From Xanthomonas campestris pv. campestris str. ATCC 33913 (GTDB lineage: Bacteria > Pseudomonadota > Gammaproteobacteria > Xanthomonadales > Xanthomonadaceae), in contig NC_003902.1 of NCBI RefSeq assembly GCF_000007145.1, positions 1,927,436 through 1,959,435 on the forward strand: DNA of 32,000 bases, given 5' to 3'. Positions within the stretch are counted from its first letter, which is position 1. Each line of letters begins with the position of its first letter. The translations under genes and the position numbers were made by a program. The notes beneath the pieces were generated by a model. That model saw only the letters and a program-made list of their open reading frames with translations. It was not told the origin of the DNA and made no database searches. Positions 16,644 through 25,211 of the stretch are shown here, piece by piece.

Positions 16644-16813
16644 GCATGCGCAAGCCGTTGGTCATCATCGGGGCGGGCGAGTTTGCGCAGATCGCTGGCC
16701 GCATTGGTCGTAGTCGCAGTGCACGTCGTTGCGAGCGCGTCATTGGGCCTGCGTTCGTGAATTTGAGTGCGTGCCTGTCTGAGCAGACATGCGTTGGAAC
16801 ATTCAGTCAATGA
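16640..16813 (+). pseudogene. 57-codon remnant of a NeuD/PglD-type sugar N-acetyltransferase gene
   Basis: 'MSMRKPLVIIGAGEFAQIA' matches the Rossmann-like N-terminus of NeuD-family acyltransferases, and then all resemblance ends. G/C at codon position 3 is 17/19 for codons 1-19 and 19/38 afterwards. ATGA overlaps occur at both ends (16640 with the fdtA stop, 16810 with the aminotransferase start). Confidence 0.45.
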
Positions 16814-17931
16814 CGCTCCCTGAAATTCCCTTTCTGGATTTGCGTGCCGTCAACGCGCGTTACGCGGATGCGCTCAAGGCCGCCGCTGCGCGGGTGATCG
16901 ATTCGGGCTGGTATGTGCTTGGCCAGGAGTTGGCGGCGTTCGAAGAGGAGTTCGCCAGCTACTGCGGCGTGCAGCAGGCGGTGGGGGTGGGGAACGGGCT
17001 GGACGCGTTGTCGCTGATCCTGCGCGCCTACCGCGAATTGGGCGTGTTGCGCGAGGGCGATGAGGTGATCGTGCCGGCCAATACGTTCATTGCGACGTTC
17101 CTGGCGATCAGCCACAACCATCTGGTGCTGGTGCCGGTGGAGCCGGATCCGCAGACCTTCAACGTGGACCCGTGCAGGGTGGAGCGCGCCATCGGGCCGC
17201 GCACACGCGCCATTCTGGCCGTGCATCTGTACGGACAGCTTGCCGACATGCCGGCACTGCAGACGTTGGCGCACCGCTATGGCTTGCTGCTCATCGAAGA
17301 CGCCGCGCAAGCGCATGGCGCAAGCCGCGACGGTGTGCGTGCGGGCGCGTTCGGCGATGCGGCGGCGTTCAGTTTTTTTCCCACCAAGAACCTTGGTGCG
17401 CTGGGCGACGGCGGTGCGGTAGTGACCTCCGACCCGCGCCTGGCCGAGCGCGTGCGCGCGCTGCGCAACTATGGCTCGGAGGTGAAATACCAGCATCTGT
17501 TCCAGGGGGTCAATTCGCGCCTGGATGAGCTGCAGGCGGCCTTCTTGCGGGTCAAGTTGGGCTATCTGGATGAGGAGGCTGCACAGCGCCGCGCAGTGGC
17601 CCAGCGTTACCTGCAAGAGATCGATCACCCCTGGATCACGTTGCCCCCGGTGGCGCATGCCGAGCAGCATGTCTGGCATCTGTTCGTGGTGCGTAGCCAG
17701 CGCCGCGATGCCTTGCAAAGCCATCTGCAGCACCTCGGTATCCAGACCCAGATCCATTACCCGGTGCCGCCGCATCTGCAGCCGGCCTATGCCATGCTGG
17801 GCGATACCTGCCTGCCGATCAGCGAGCAGCTGCATCGCGAAGTGCTGAGCCTGCCGATGAGCCCGGCGCTGGACGACGCGGCAGTCAGCCGCGTCATCAC
17901 CGCCTGCCAAGTGTTCGGTAGCGCACCGTGA
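16810..17931 (+). CDS. DegT/DnrJ/EryC1/StrS-family PLP-dependent sugar aminotransferase (FdtB/QdtB-like)
   Basis: '[13 protein letters not shown]', '[21 protein letters not shown]', '[12 protein letters not shown]', '[19 protein letters not shown]' (PLP Lys) and 'RNYGS'. Start ATG 16810. Confidence 0.9.
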   Translation: MTLPEIPFLDLRAVNARYADALKAAAARVIDSGWYVLGQELAAFEEEFASYCGVQQAVGVGNGLDALSLILRAYRELGVLREGDEVIVPANTFIATFLAISHNHLVLVPVEPDPQTFNVDPCRVERAIGPRTRAILAVHLYGQLADMPALQTLAHRYGLLLIEDAAQAHGASRDGVRAGAFGDAAAFSFFPTKNLGALGDGGAVVTSDPRLAERVRALRNYGSEVKYQHLFQGVNSRLDELQAAFLRVKLGYLDEEAAQRRAVAQRYLQEIDHPWITLPPVAHAEQHVWHLFVVRSQRRDALQSHLQHLGIQTQIHYPVPPHLQPAYAMLGDTCLPISEQLHREVLSLPMSPALDDAAVSRVITACQVFGSAP

Positions 17932-19181
17932 ATCTGGTGCGCAGCAGCGCCTACACCGGCGTTGCGACGCTGGCCAAGCTGCTGGCGGCGCTGGTGGTGA
18001 TCAAGTTGGTGGCGGTGTTTGCCGGGCCGCAGGGAGTTGGCCGGCTGGGGCAGTTCCTGGCCCTGATGTCGGTGCTGGCGGTGCTGGCCGGTGGCGGCAT
18101 CAGTACCGGCATCGTCAAGTATGTGGCGCAGTACCGCAGCGATGCACTTGCACTGCAACGACTGTTGAGCGCAGCACTCGGCTACGCCTGTAGTGCGGCG
18201 TGCGTGATGGCAGTGCTGGCGCTGGTCTTCAGCGACGTGCTCGCCGAACGGTTGTTGGGCGATGCGCAGGCGCGTTGGCTGATCTGTGTGCTGGCGGTGG
18301 CGCAGATCGGCATCGCGCTGGTCAACTACATCCTGGCGATCATCAATGGCTTCATGGACGTACGCCGGCTCGCCATCGTGCAGGTGAGCGGGGCGGTGCT
18401 GAGTGTTGCCCTGGTCGCCTGGCTGGGCAGCGGGTGGCAGTTGCAAGGCGCCTTGCTGGCGTTGGTGCTGGGCCAGGTGCTGTGGTTGATCGCCGCCGTG
18501 CCGGCCTTGCTGCGCAGCCCGTATTTCCAGCGCGAGATGCTGCGCATGCGGCTGGATGCGCAGATGACCCGCCAGCTTGCGGCGTTTTCGGTGATGACCC
18601 TCACCGCCACGTTGGTGCCGCAGCTGGTGGGCATGCTGGTGCGCGATCATCTGGCGCTGCAGTTTGGCTGGCAGCAGGTTGGCTACTGGCAGGCGGTGAG
18701 CCGGGTCTCCGATGCCTACCTGTTGTTCTTTACCACCGCGATCAACGTCTATTACCTGCCCAAGCTGGCCTCGCTGCAGGACCGGCAGGCACTGCGCCGC
18801 GAGCTGCGGACCGCCTATCGTTACGTGATGCCCGCGGTGGTGGCGATGGCCGCGTGCGTCTACCTGTTGCGTGACTGGGTGACCTGGCTACTGTTCGATG
18901 CCCGCTTCGCCGCGGCCGCTCCGTTGTATGGCCCGCAGCTGCTCGGCGATGTGATCAAGATCGCCGCGTTCGTGCTGTCCTACGTGATGCTGGCCAAGGC
19001 GATGACGCGGCTGTTCGTGGTGTCCGAATGCGTGTTTGCCGCCAGCTATCTGGGGCTGGTGTACCTGTTCACTGCACAGTTCGGCCTGATCGGCGCCATG
19101 TATGCATTTGTCGTCAACTACGTGCTGTATCTGCTGTTCAACATCGTGGTGGTGCGCCGTTATCTGAGGACGACGGCATGA
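17928..19181 (+). CDS. wzx: Wzx-type flippase, WzxE (ECA lipid III flippase)-like
   Basis: A polytopic 417-aa protein. '[47 protein letters not shown]' and '[30 protein letters not shown]' parallel my recollection of E. coli WzxE. The GTG start overlaps the upstream stop. Confidence 0.8.
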   Translation: MNLVRSSAYTGVATLAKLLAALVVIKLVAVFAGPQGVGRLGQFLALMSVLAVLAGGGISTGIVKYVAQYRSDALALQRLLSAALGYACSAACVMAVLALVFSDVLAERLLGDAQARWLICVLAVAQIGIALVNYILAIINGFMDVRRLAIVQVSGAVLSVALVAWLGSGWQLQGALLALVLGQVLWLIAAVPALLRSPYFQREMLRMRLDAQMTRQLAAFSVMTLTATLVPQLVGMLVRDHLALQFGWQQVGYWQAVSRVSDAYLLFFTTAINVYYLPKLASLQDRQALRRELRTAYRYVMPAVVAMAACVYLLRDWVTWLLFDARFAAAAPLYGPQLLGDVIKIAAFVLSYVMLAKAMTRLFVVSECVFAASYLGLVYLFTAQFGLIGAMYAFVVNYVLYLLFNIVVVRRYLRTTA

Positions 19182-20116
19182 GCCTGCTGGAACGCCCGAG
19201 CGGACGTGCGCGCTGGCCGCTGGTGTCGGTGCTGATTCCCGCGTTCAACCATGCGCGTTTTGTGCAGCGCTGTCTGGACAGCGTGCTGGAGGACCCGTAC
19301 CCGTCCAAGGAGATCGTCATCATCGATGATGGCTCCAGCGATGACACCGGCGAGCAGATCGCCGCATGGATCGCGCTGCACGGCCATCGCGTGCCGGTGC
19401 AGTTCGTCCAGCGCAGCAACCGCGGTGTGGCGGCCACGCTCAACGAGCTGGCATTGCGCGCGCGCGGGGAGTATCTGCGCATTTGTGCGAGTGACGACTA
19501 TCTTCTTCCTGGCGGACTGCACGTTCAGGTTGACTACCTGGTACGCCATAGGAATAAAGCGGCGGTCATCGGCGATGCGATCGTGATCGATGGTGATGGC
19601 GCGACCTTGCATGCAAGTGCGATGTCCGGACTCCATGGAGTGAGTCGCGGCCCTTACGCAAGCGATGACGGGATTCGCCGCGAGATCATTTGTAGGTGGG
19701 CCGTAAGCGGCGCCGTATTGCTGCTGCGCAGGAGTACGTTCGCGGCAGGTCTCCGGTGGAACGAAAGCCTTCGGATTGAGGATTGGGACTTTTATCTCAG
19801 GCTTGTATCGAAAGATCTGCTTGCGTTCATTGATGTTCCGGTGTGTGCGTATCGGCTCCATGGAGCGAATGCAAGCAAGACGCGTGATCCTGGAAAGAGG
19901 CTAAGCAACCTGACCGAATTCCTGGAGGTCGCTTCTGCGTCCCGTCATATTTTTGGTCGCAGGGACCAGCGATTCATACTCGCTCAATCCAGCTTGATCT
20001 CATCCAAAATACATTTCATCGAGAAGAGATACCTGCAGGCATCGGGATTTCTTGTGCTGTATCTGACGAGAAGTGTCTTGGCGAAAGCAGGGTGGGACAG
20101 GATGGTCAGCTCATAA
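19178..20116 (+). CDS. family 2 glycosyltransferase
   Basis: 'VSVLIPAFNHARFVQRCLDSVLEDPYPSKEIVIIDDGSSDDT' and 'LRICASDDYLLPG' (DxD-like). ATG 19178 overlaps the wzx stop. The 3' half is conspicuously lower in GC. Confidence 0.85.
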   Translation: MSLLERPSGRARWPLVSVLIPAFNHARFVQRCLDSVLEDPYPSKEIVIIDDGSSDDTGEQIAAWIALHGHRVPVQFVQRSNRGVAATLNELALRARGEYLRICASDDYLLPGGLHVQVDYLVRHRNKAAVIGDAIVIDGDGATLHASAMSGLHGVSRGPYASDDGIRREIICRWAVSGAVLLLRRSTFAAGLRWNESLRIEDWDFYLRLVSKDLLAFIDVPVCAYRLHGANASKTRDPGKRLSNLTEFLEVASASRHIFGRRDQRFILAQSSLISSKIHFIEKRYLQASGFLVLYLTRSVLAKAGWDRMVSS

Positions 20117-20117
20117 C

Positions 20118-21254
20118 ATGAAGGGCAATCTCATCAGATGGCCATCGATGTTTCTATGGCCGCCAATGCTGGCAAGTTGTGGCATCACCTATTGGATCTA
20201 CGAGCTGCCGTCCGGCTATCTCGCAGGATTGTGGATTCTGGGTTTTGCTGCCTCGTTGACTCTGTTGATGGACGCATTGCTCGGCACCCGCTTGCCAAGC
20301 GCGCAGCAGTTCCGCCTGCAGCGGTATGCCGGCACGCGCGAATCATTCCTGGTGATGGCGCTGGCCGCCGGGGTGGCGGTGTTCTGCCTGCTGGACGTGG
20401 CGTTGTTTCCGATTCCACTGTTCAGTGACCCGTCTTCGTATGCCACCTTGAGTCCGCTGCGGGCACATGTGCGGCACATCTCCAACATGTGCTGGATCCT
20501 GCCGCCGATTGCGCTGCTGTGCGTGCGCCACCGCGGGTTGCGCACCGCGATGGTACTGGTGGGGTTCGTATTTCCGATCGTGGTGATCGACCGCAATCGC
20601 ATCTTTGCCGGGCTGTTCTCGTTCGTGGTGGTGCTGTTGCTGCGCCGCGACCCGGCGCGGCAACTGCCCTGGAAGCGCATCGCCTTGCTGGTGATGGCGG
20701 GTGGCGCGGTGTTCTCGGTGCTCGGCGCGCTGCGTTCGGGTTCGCTGGCCACCGTGGCGCTGCCCTTCAGCGCGTTCTACCGCGCCATGCCGCAAGGCGT
20801 GCAATGGCTGCTGCTGTACATCAGCGCGGGCCCGTACAACTTCGGCGCGATCCTGGCCAAGGGCTACGTCAATGCCAGCTTTCTGATCAACCAGCTGATG
20901 CCGCTGGGCGGCTCCATCGCCACCGCCGACACCAGCATTCCGCTGGATGCGCCCAATATCAACGTGGGCACCGAGTTTTTCCCGTTCCTGATGGCCTGGG
21001 GCGCACCCGGCGCGGTGATCGCACTGCTGGCGCTGTATGCCGCCTTGCTGTGGAGCGTGCGCCGGCTCAATGCGTCGCTTTCGATCTTCCACGTGCTGAT
21101 CTTTTTGCGGATCGCCTACGCCTGCCTGATGTCGCCGTTCGCCCCGCAGGCATTCACCTGGACCAACTTCGCCTTCATCGGCCTGTGCCTGGGCTTGCAC
21201 GCCTGCACGCTGCTGTTGCCGAACCGTCGCGTCCTGCCGGTTGCCTCCGCGTAG
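20118..21254 (+). CDS. polytopic membrane protein, candidate Wzy-type repeat-unit polymerase
   Basis: 378 aa with about 10 hydrophobic helices and no catalytic motif I can name. The assignment rests on its position between GT2 and Wzz in a Wzx-containing locus. Confidence 0.45.
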   Translation: MKGNLIRWPSMFLWPPMLASCGITYWIYELPSGYLAGLWILGFAASLTLLMDALLGTRLPSAQQFRLQRYAGTRESFLVMALAAGVAVFCLLDVALFPIPLFSDPSSYATLSPLRAHVRHISNMCWILPPIALLCVRHRGLRTAMVLVGFVFPIVVIDRNRIFAGLFSFVVVLLLRRDPARQLPWKRIALLVMAGGAVFSVLGALRSGSLATVALPFSAFYRAMPQGVQWLLLYISAGPYNFGAILAKGYVNASFLINQLMPLGGSIATADTSIPLDAPNINVGTEFFPFLMAWGAPGAVIALLALYAALLWSVRRLNASLSIFHVLIFLRIAYACLMSPFAPQAFTWTNFAFIGLCLGLHACTLLLPNRRVLPVASA

Positions 21255-21291
21255 CCGCCCCCGTTTGTTTTCGATTGCCGAGCCAAGCCTG

Positions 21292-22146
21292 ATGAAAGAT
21301 GAAGACGAGATCTACCTGATCGACCTGTGGCGCATCCTGCTGCGCGAATGGCGCTGGGCGCTCGCCGCGATGCTGGTGGTGCTGGCAATCACATTCGCCT
21401 TTACCCGCGTGGCCAAGCCGCAGTGGGAGGCTACGGCCTGGATCCAGGTGGGCGAAATCGGGCCGACCCCGGCCGGCCGCGATCCCAAGGTGGAGCCGTT
21501 CCAGCGGGTGATCGACCGGATGAAGACGCGGCTGTTCCAAGACGCGGTGCTGACGCACGCTGGCGTGCCGCTGAAGAGCCGTGCCGCGCAGCTGTACCGC
21601 GGCAGTCTCAAGCCCGATCCGGACCCGTATGCCAACCTGATCGGCATCACCATCCGCGCCGAATCCGCAACACAGGCACGCACGCTCGCAATGGCCACCG
21701 TCGCGCAGTTGCAGGCATTGCATGGCCAGACCAACACCGCGGCGTTGGCGCTCGCGAAGACGCGCCTGCGCGGCCTGGACGAGGACCTGCGCGTGGCGAC
21801 GGCCAGCCGCGCGCAGCTGCAGCAGCAGTTGGGCAGCCCGCAAGCCAATGACCAGGCCACGCCTGCGCAGGTGCTGGCCGGCGTCCTGCTCACCGACAGC
21901 AACACCACCATCCGCGCCTTGAAGGCCGAGCGCGACGATCTGGTCGCACGGCTCACCGAGCGCTACACCTACCAGACCTCGCTGGCGTGGCCGTTGTATG
22001 TGCCGGACCACCAGGCGTTCCCGAACGCGATCATGGCCTGGGCCGCCGGCATTCTCGGTGGTGGTGCGCTTGGCGTACTGGCCGCGGTGTTGCGAAATGC
22101 CGTGCGCGGTCGCGGACGCGGGCAGGCACCGCACGCGACGGTGTGA
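21292..22146 (+). CDS. wzz: Wzz-type polysaccharide chain-length determinant (PCP-1 architecture)
   Basis: 'DEIYLIDLWRILLREWRWALAAMLVVLAITFAF' is the N-terminal Wzz motif plus TM1. A helical middle of about 200 aa follows ('LRGLDEDLRVATASRAQLQQQL'), then a C-terminal TM 'IMAWAAGILGGGALGVLAAVL'. Confidence 0.75.
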   Translation: MKDEDEIYLIDLWRILLREWRWALAAMLVVLAITFAFTRVAKPQWEATAWIQVGEIGPTPAGRDPKVEPFQRVIDRMKTRLFQDAVLTHAGVPLKSRAAQLYRGSLKPDPDPYANLIGITIRAESATQARTLAMATVAQLQALHGQTNTAALALAKTRLRGLDEDLRVATASRAQLQQQLGSPQANDQATPAQVLAGVLLTDSNTTIRALKAERDDLVARLTERYTYQTSLAWPLYVPDHQAFPNAIMAWAAGILGGGALGVLAAVLRNAVRGRGRGQAPHATV

Positions 22147-22307
22147 GTGCTGCGACGCGCATTCGTTCCACCCGGATTGGGCGCACGCAGTGCCGCAACC
22201 AAAGTGGCGGCAGCCGGCACTCACTGTTCAATCAAGCGATGCCGCGAGTGCGGCGCCGCGTCTGGAGAGTGTCGTGACAACAGCAGGACCGGTGGGAGAG
22301 CGCGCGC

Positions 22308-23153
22308 ATGTCGGCAACCAATGAGCCACTGGCGCGGCGTGGCCGCGGTGTGGATGCGTCGCAGTTGCTGGAAACCCAGCGTGCCTTCGACAGCGTGGCT
22401 GCCGACTACGATGGGCCGCGCGGCAACAACGCGCTGATCCAGCGCATGCGCACCACGCTATGGGACACCGTGGCCACCGAACTGCCGGTCGGTTCGCGGC
22501 TGGTGGACCTGGGCTGCGGCACCGGGCTGGATGCAGGCGAGTTCGCCAGCCGTGGTTACAGCGTGCTGGCCACCGACTGGTCGCCGGCCATGGTGGCGCG
22601 CACCCGTGAGCGTGCTGCCCGACAAGGCCTTGAGGAGCGCCTCACTGCCGCGCATGTCGGCATCCAGCAGCTGGAGCGGCTGGAAGGCGAGTTCGATGGC
22701 ATGTATTCCAACTTCGGCCCGCTCAACTGCGCGCCGGACCTGCCGGCCGTCGCTGCCGAGTGCGCACGCCTGCTGCGCCCGGATGGCTGCCTGGTGTTTT
22801 CGGTGATCGGGCGGATCTGCCCGTGGGAAGTCGGCCACTACGCAGTGCGCGGCCGCTTCAAGCGCGCGGCGGTGCGTGCGGCGCAGGGTGCGACCGCGGT
22901 GGGCATGAACGGCCACACCATCTGGACCTGGTATCACCTGCCGCGCGAGTTCTACCGGGCTTTCAGCCAGCACTTCGTGCTCGATCGCTACCAGGCGTTG
23001 AGTCTGTTCCTGCCGCCGCCGTATCTGGTGGACTTCTATGAGCGCCATCCGCGCCTGTCCGCGCGCCTGGGGCAGTTGGACGACCGCATGGGCGGCTGGC
23101 CGTTGCTGCGCGACATGGGCGATCACTTCCTGATCGTGATGCGCAAGCGCTGA
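22308..23153 (+). CDS. class I SAM-dependent methyltransferase
   Basis: Motif I 'RLVDLGCGTGLDAGEFASRGYSVLATDWSPAMV' and post-I/II 'FDGMYSNFGPLNC'. GGGAGAG lies 7 nt upstream of the ATG. Confidence 0.85.
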   Translation: MSATNEPLARRGRGVDASQLLETQRAFDSVAADYDGPRGNNALIQRMRTTLWDTVATELPVGSRLVDLGCGTGLDAGEFASRGYSVLATDWSPAMVARTRERAARQGLEERLTAAHVGIQQLERLEGEFDGMYSNFGPLNCAPDLPAVAAECARLLRPDGCLVFSVIGRICPWEVGHYAVRGRFKRAAVRAAQGATAVGMNGHTIWTWYHLPREFYRAFSQHFVLDRYQALSLFLPPPYLVDFYERHPRLSARLGQLDDRMGGWPLLRDMGDHFLIVMRKR

Positions 23154-23165
23154 GTGGAGACCGCG

Positions 23166-24380
23166 ATGGCCATGGCCGATGTGTGCCTGTACGGCGCGCG
23201 CGCGATCACCCTGGCCGGGCCATCGCGCGCGCCGGTGACGCTGCGTGCCGGCCACTTCGGTGGCACGCTGGGCACCGGCACGCTGCGGCTGGATCTGCAG
23301 GGGCATGTGCTGGCGCCGGGCCTGATCAACGCGCATGAGCATCTGCAGATCAATGCCGTGCCGCCGCTGCCGCAGAGCGCACCGTTCGCCAACAGCTATG
23401 CGTGGATCGATGCCTTTCAGGCGCATTTTCAGCGTCGCGAGGTGGCCGTTGCGCTGCAAGTGCCCAAGGACGTACGCCTGCGCCAGGGTGGTCTGAAGAA
23501 TCTGCTCGCGGGGGTTACCTGCGTGGCCCAGCACGATCCCTGGCACGCCGCACTGGATACGGCCGATTTCCCGGTGGCGGTCCTGCGTGCATTCGGCTGG
23601 AGCTATGCGTTGGGCGGGCCAGCTTATGGGCCGCCGGTGCAGGAGAGTTTCGCCGCGACCCCGTCCGGGCAGCCCTGGATGATCCATCTGGCCGAAGGCA
23701 CCGACGCGGTTGCACGCGCGGAGCTGGACGCCTTGGACCGTCTCGGTTGCCTGGCCGGCAACAGCGTGCTGATCCATGGTGTGGGGCTGGGCGAGCAGGA
23801 TATCGACCGCATCATCGCCTGCGGTGCGGCCGTGGTGTGGTGCCCGTCGAGCAATCTGGCGCTGCTCGGCCAGACGCTGGACCCCTGGCGTCTGTGCATG
23901 GCCGGGCGGCTGGCGCTGGGTAGCGATGCGCGCGTCAGCGGCGGGCGCGACCTGCTCGACGATCTGCGCCTGGCCACCGACAGCGGGTTGGCCCCGGACC
24001 TGCTGCTGGGCCTGGCCACGCATCAAGCGGCGCGCATCCTGCGCCTGCCCGCGCGCGGCAGCCTGGCACCGGGCGCGGTGGCCGACCTGGTGATCGTGCG
24101 CGACCGCGGCGGTGAGCCTGCGGCGAGTGTGGTGGGTTGCAGCCGCAGCCAATTGCGCGCGGTGATCCGCGATGGCAAACCGCGGATTGCCGACCCCGAT
24201 TTCGCCCACTGGTTCGACGCAGCCGGCATCGCAACCTTGCCGGTGTTGCTGGATGGCTGCCCCAAATTGCTGGACGCCGCGTTGGCCGATCCACAGGTGC
24301 TGGCACTTGAACCCGGCGTGCAGCTGCTGTCGCCGCACACGCATGCCGCAACGCGCGTGGCATTTGGAGCGGCGCAATGA
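23166..24380 (+). CDS. metal-dependent amidohydrolase-superfamily protein
   Basis: 'LAPGLINAHEHLQIN' (HxH), 'WMIHLAEG', 'VLIHGVGL', 'VVWCPSSN' and 'LALGSDARVSG'. ATG 23166 has GGAG upstream. The alternative start GTG 23154 directly abuts the upstream stop. Confidence 0.8.
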   Translation: MAMADVCLYGARAITLAGPSRAPVTLRAGHFGGTLGTGTLRLDLQGHVLAPGLINAHEHLQINAVPPLPQSAPFANSYAWIDAFQAHFQRREVAVALQVPKDVRLRQGGLKNLLAGVTCVAQHDPWHAALDTADFPVAVLRAFGWSYALGGPAYGPPVQESFAATPSGQPWMIHLAEGTDAVARAELDALDRLGCLAGNSVLIHGVGLGEQDIDRIIACGAAVVWCPSSNLALLGQTLDPWRLCMAGRLALGSDARVSGGRDLLDDLRLATDSGLAPDLLLGLATHQAARILRLPARGSLAPGAVADLVIVRDRGGEPAASVVGCSRSQLRAVIRDGKPRIADPDFAHWFDAAGIATLPVLLDGCPKLLDAALADPQVLALEPGVQLLSPHTHAATRVAFGAAQ

Positions 24381-25087
24381 ACAGTGCAATGAGCAGTGTG
24401 CCCACGCTGGAGCCGGCCGCAGCGTATGCGCTGTGGGCGCAGGCGTATCCGCCGCACGCGCACAACCCGGTGATGCTCGCCGAGCAGCGCGCCATGCTGG
24501 CGCTGTTGCCCACCGACCTGCGCAGCCAGCATGTGCTCGATGCCGGCTGTGGCAGCGGGCGCTACATGCTGCAGGCGCTGCAACGCGGCGCTGCGCAGGT
24601 CACTGGCGTAGACCTCTCGCCGGAAATGCTGCAACGCGCCGCGCACGAACTGGCGCAACGCTGGCCCGCCACGTGCTTCTCCCTGCAGCAGGGCAGCCTG
24701 GAACAGTTGCCGGTTGCCGATGCCATGGCCGACATCACCGTGTGCGGCCTGGTGGTCGGGCATCTGCCACGGCTGTGGACGGCGCTGGAGCAACTGCGGC
24801 GCGTCACCCGCATCGGCGGCAGCGTGCTGTGCAGCGACGTGCATCCGATCGGTCATGCGCTGGGCTGGCGACGCGACTTCAAGGCCGACGGCCAGCACTA
24901 CGCCATCCGCCATACCCAACATCTCTACAGCCATTGGCATTCGGCATGCGCGGCGCTGGATCTGGCGATCGAGGCGGTGGCCGAGCCGATGCTCGATCCT
25001 GCCGACATCCCGCCCGGCGCGCGCTTCGACACCGCCGCGCTGCAAGTGCCGGTGGCGCTGGTGCTACGCCTGCGACGGCTCGCGTGA
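24377..25087 (+). CDS. class I SAM-dependent methyltransferase
   Basis: 'HVLDAGCGSGRYMLQALQRGAAQVTGVDLSPEML' and 'DITVCGLVVGHL'. An ATGA overlap links it to the amidohydrolase stop. Confidence 0.85.
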   Translation: MNSAMSSVPTLEPAAAYALWAQAYPPHAHNPVMLAEQRAMLALLPTDLRSQHVLDAGCGSGRYMLQALQRGAAQVTGVDLSPEMLQRAAHELAQRWPATCFSLQQGSLEQLPVADAMADITVCGLVVGHLPRLWTALEQLRRVTRIGGSVLCSDVHPIGHALGWRRDFKADGQHYAIRHTQHLYSHWHSACAALDLAIEAVAEPMLDPADIPPGARFDTAALQVPVALVLRLRRLA

Positions 25088-25092
25088 GCGGC

Positions 25093-25209
25093 ATGGTGAG
25101 CGATGTGCAGGCGGCGGTTTGGCGCCACGCCGTGCAACGGATCGCGCAGAACGCGGGCAGTCGTGCCCACATCGCGCGCGCCGCACGTTCCCTGCGCTCC
25201 GGGGACTGA
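25093..25209 (+). CDS. unannotated 38-codon small ORF (41 codons if started at GTG 25084)
   Basis: 'MVSDVQAAVWRHAVQRIAQNAGSRAHIARAARSLRSGD'. It fills the otherwise empty 124-bp gap. GTG 25084 would overlap the upstream stop as GTGA, and the stop at 25207-25209 is 2 nt before the GT4 start. 31 of 38 codons end in G/C. It shows no homology I can recognise. Confidence 0.3.
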   Translation: MVSDVQAAVWRHAVQRIAQNAGSRAHIARAARSLRSGD

Positions 25210-25211
25210 CG

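Noticed and set aside
22147-22307. An inverted repeat, AGTGCCG-N19-CGGCACT (about 22189-22221), and a 12-codon ORF ('MPRVRRRVWRVS') in the wzz-methyltransferase gap. I considered them as a terminator or leader peptide.
   Set aside because: The stem is only 7 bp with a long loop and no U-tract. The mini-ORF has no ribosome-binding site and no attenuator-like codon pattern. I treat the region as an ordinary inter-operon spacer.
24714-25211. An N-terminal extension of 166 aa on the first GT4 ORF in the track.
   Set aside because: It overlaps the methyltransferase (24377-25087) out of frame, contains no ATG, and has shadow-like composition. The GT4 homology begins at 'VHVAHLNLL', with a GGGGA Shine-Dalgarno sequence before GTG 25212.
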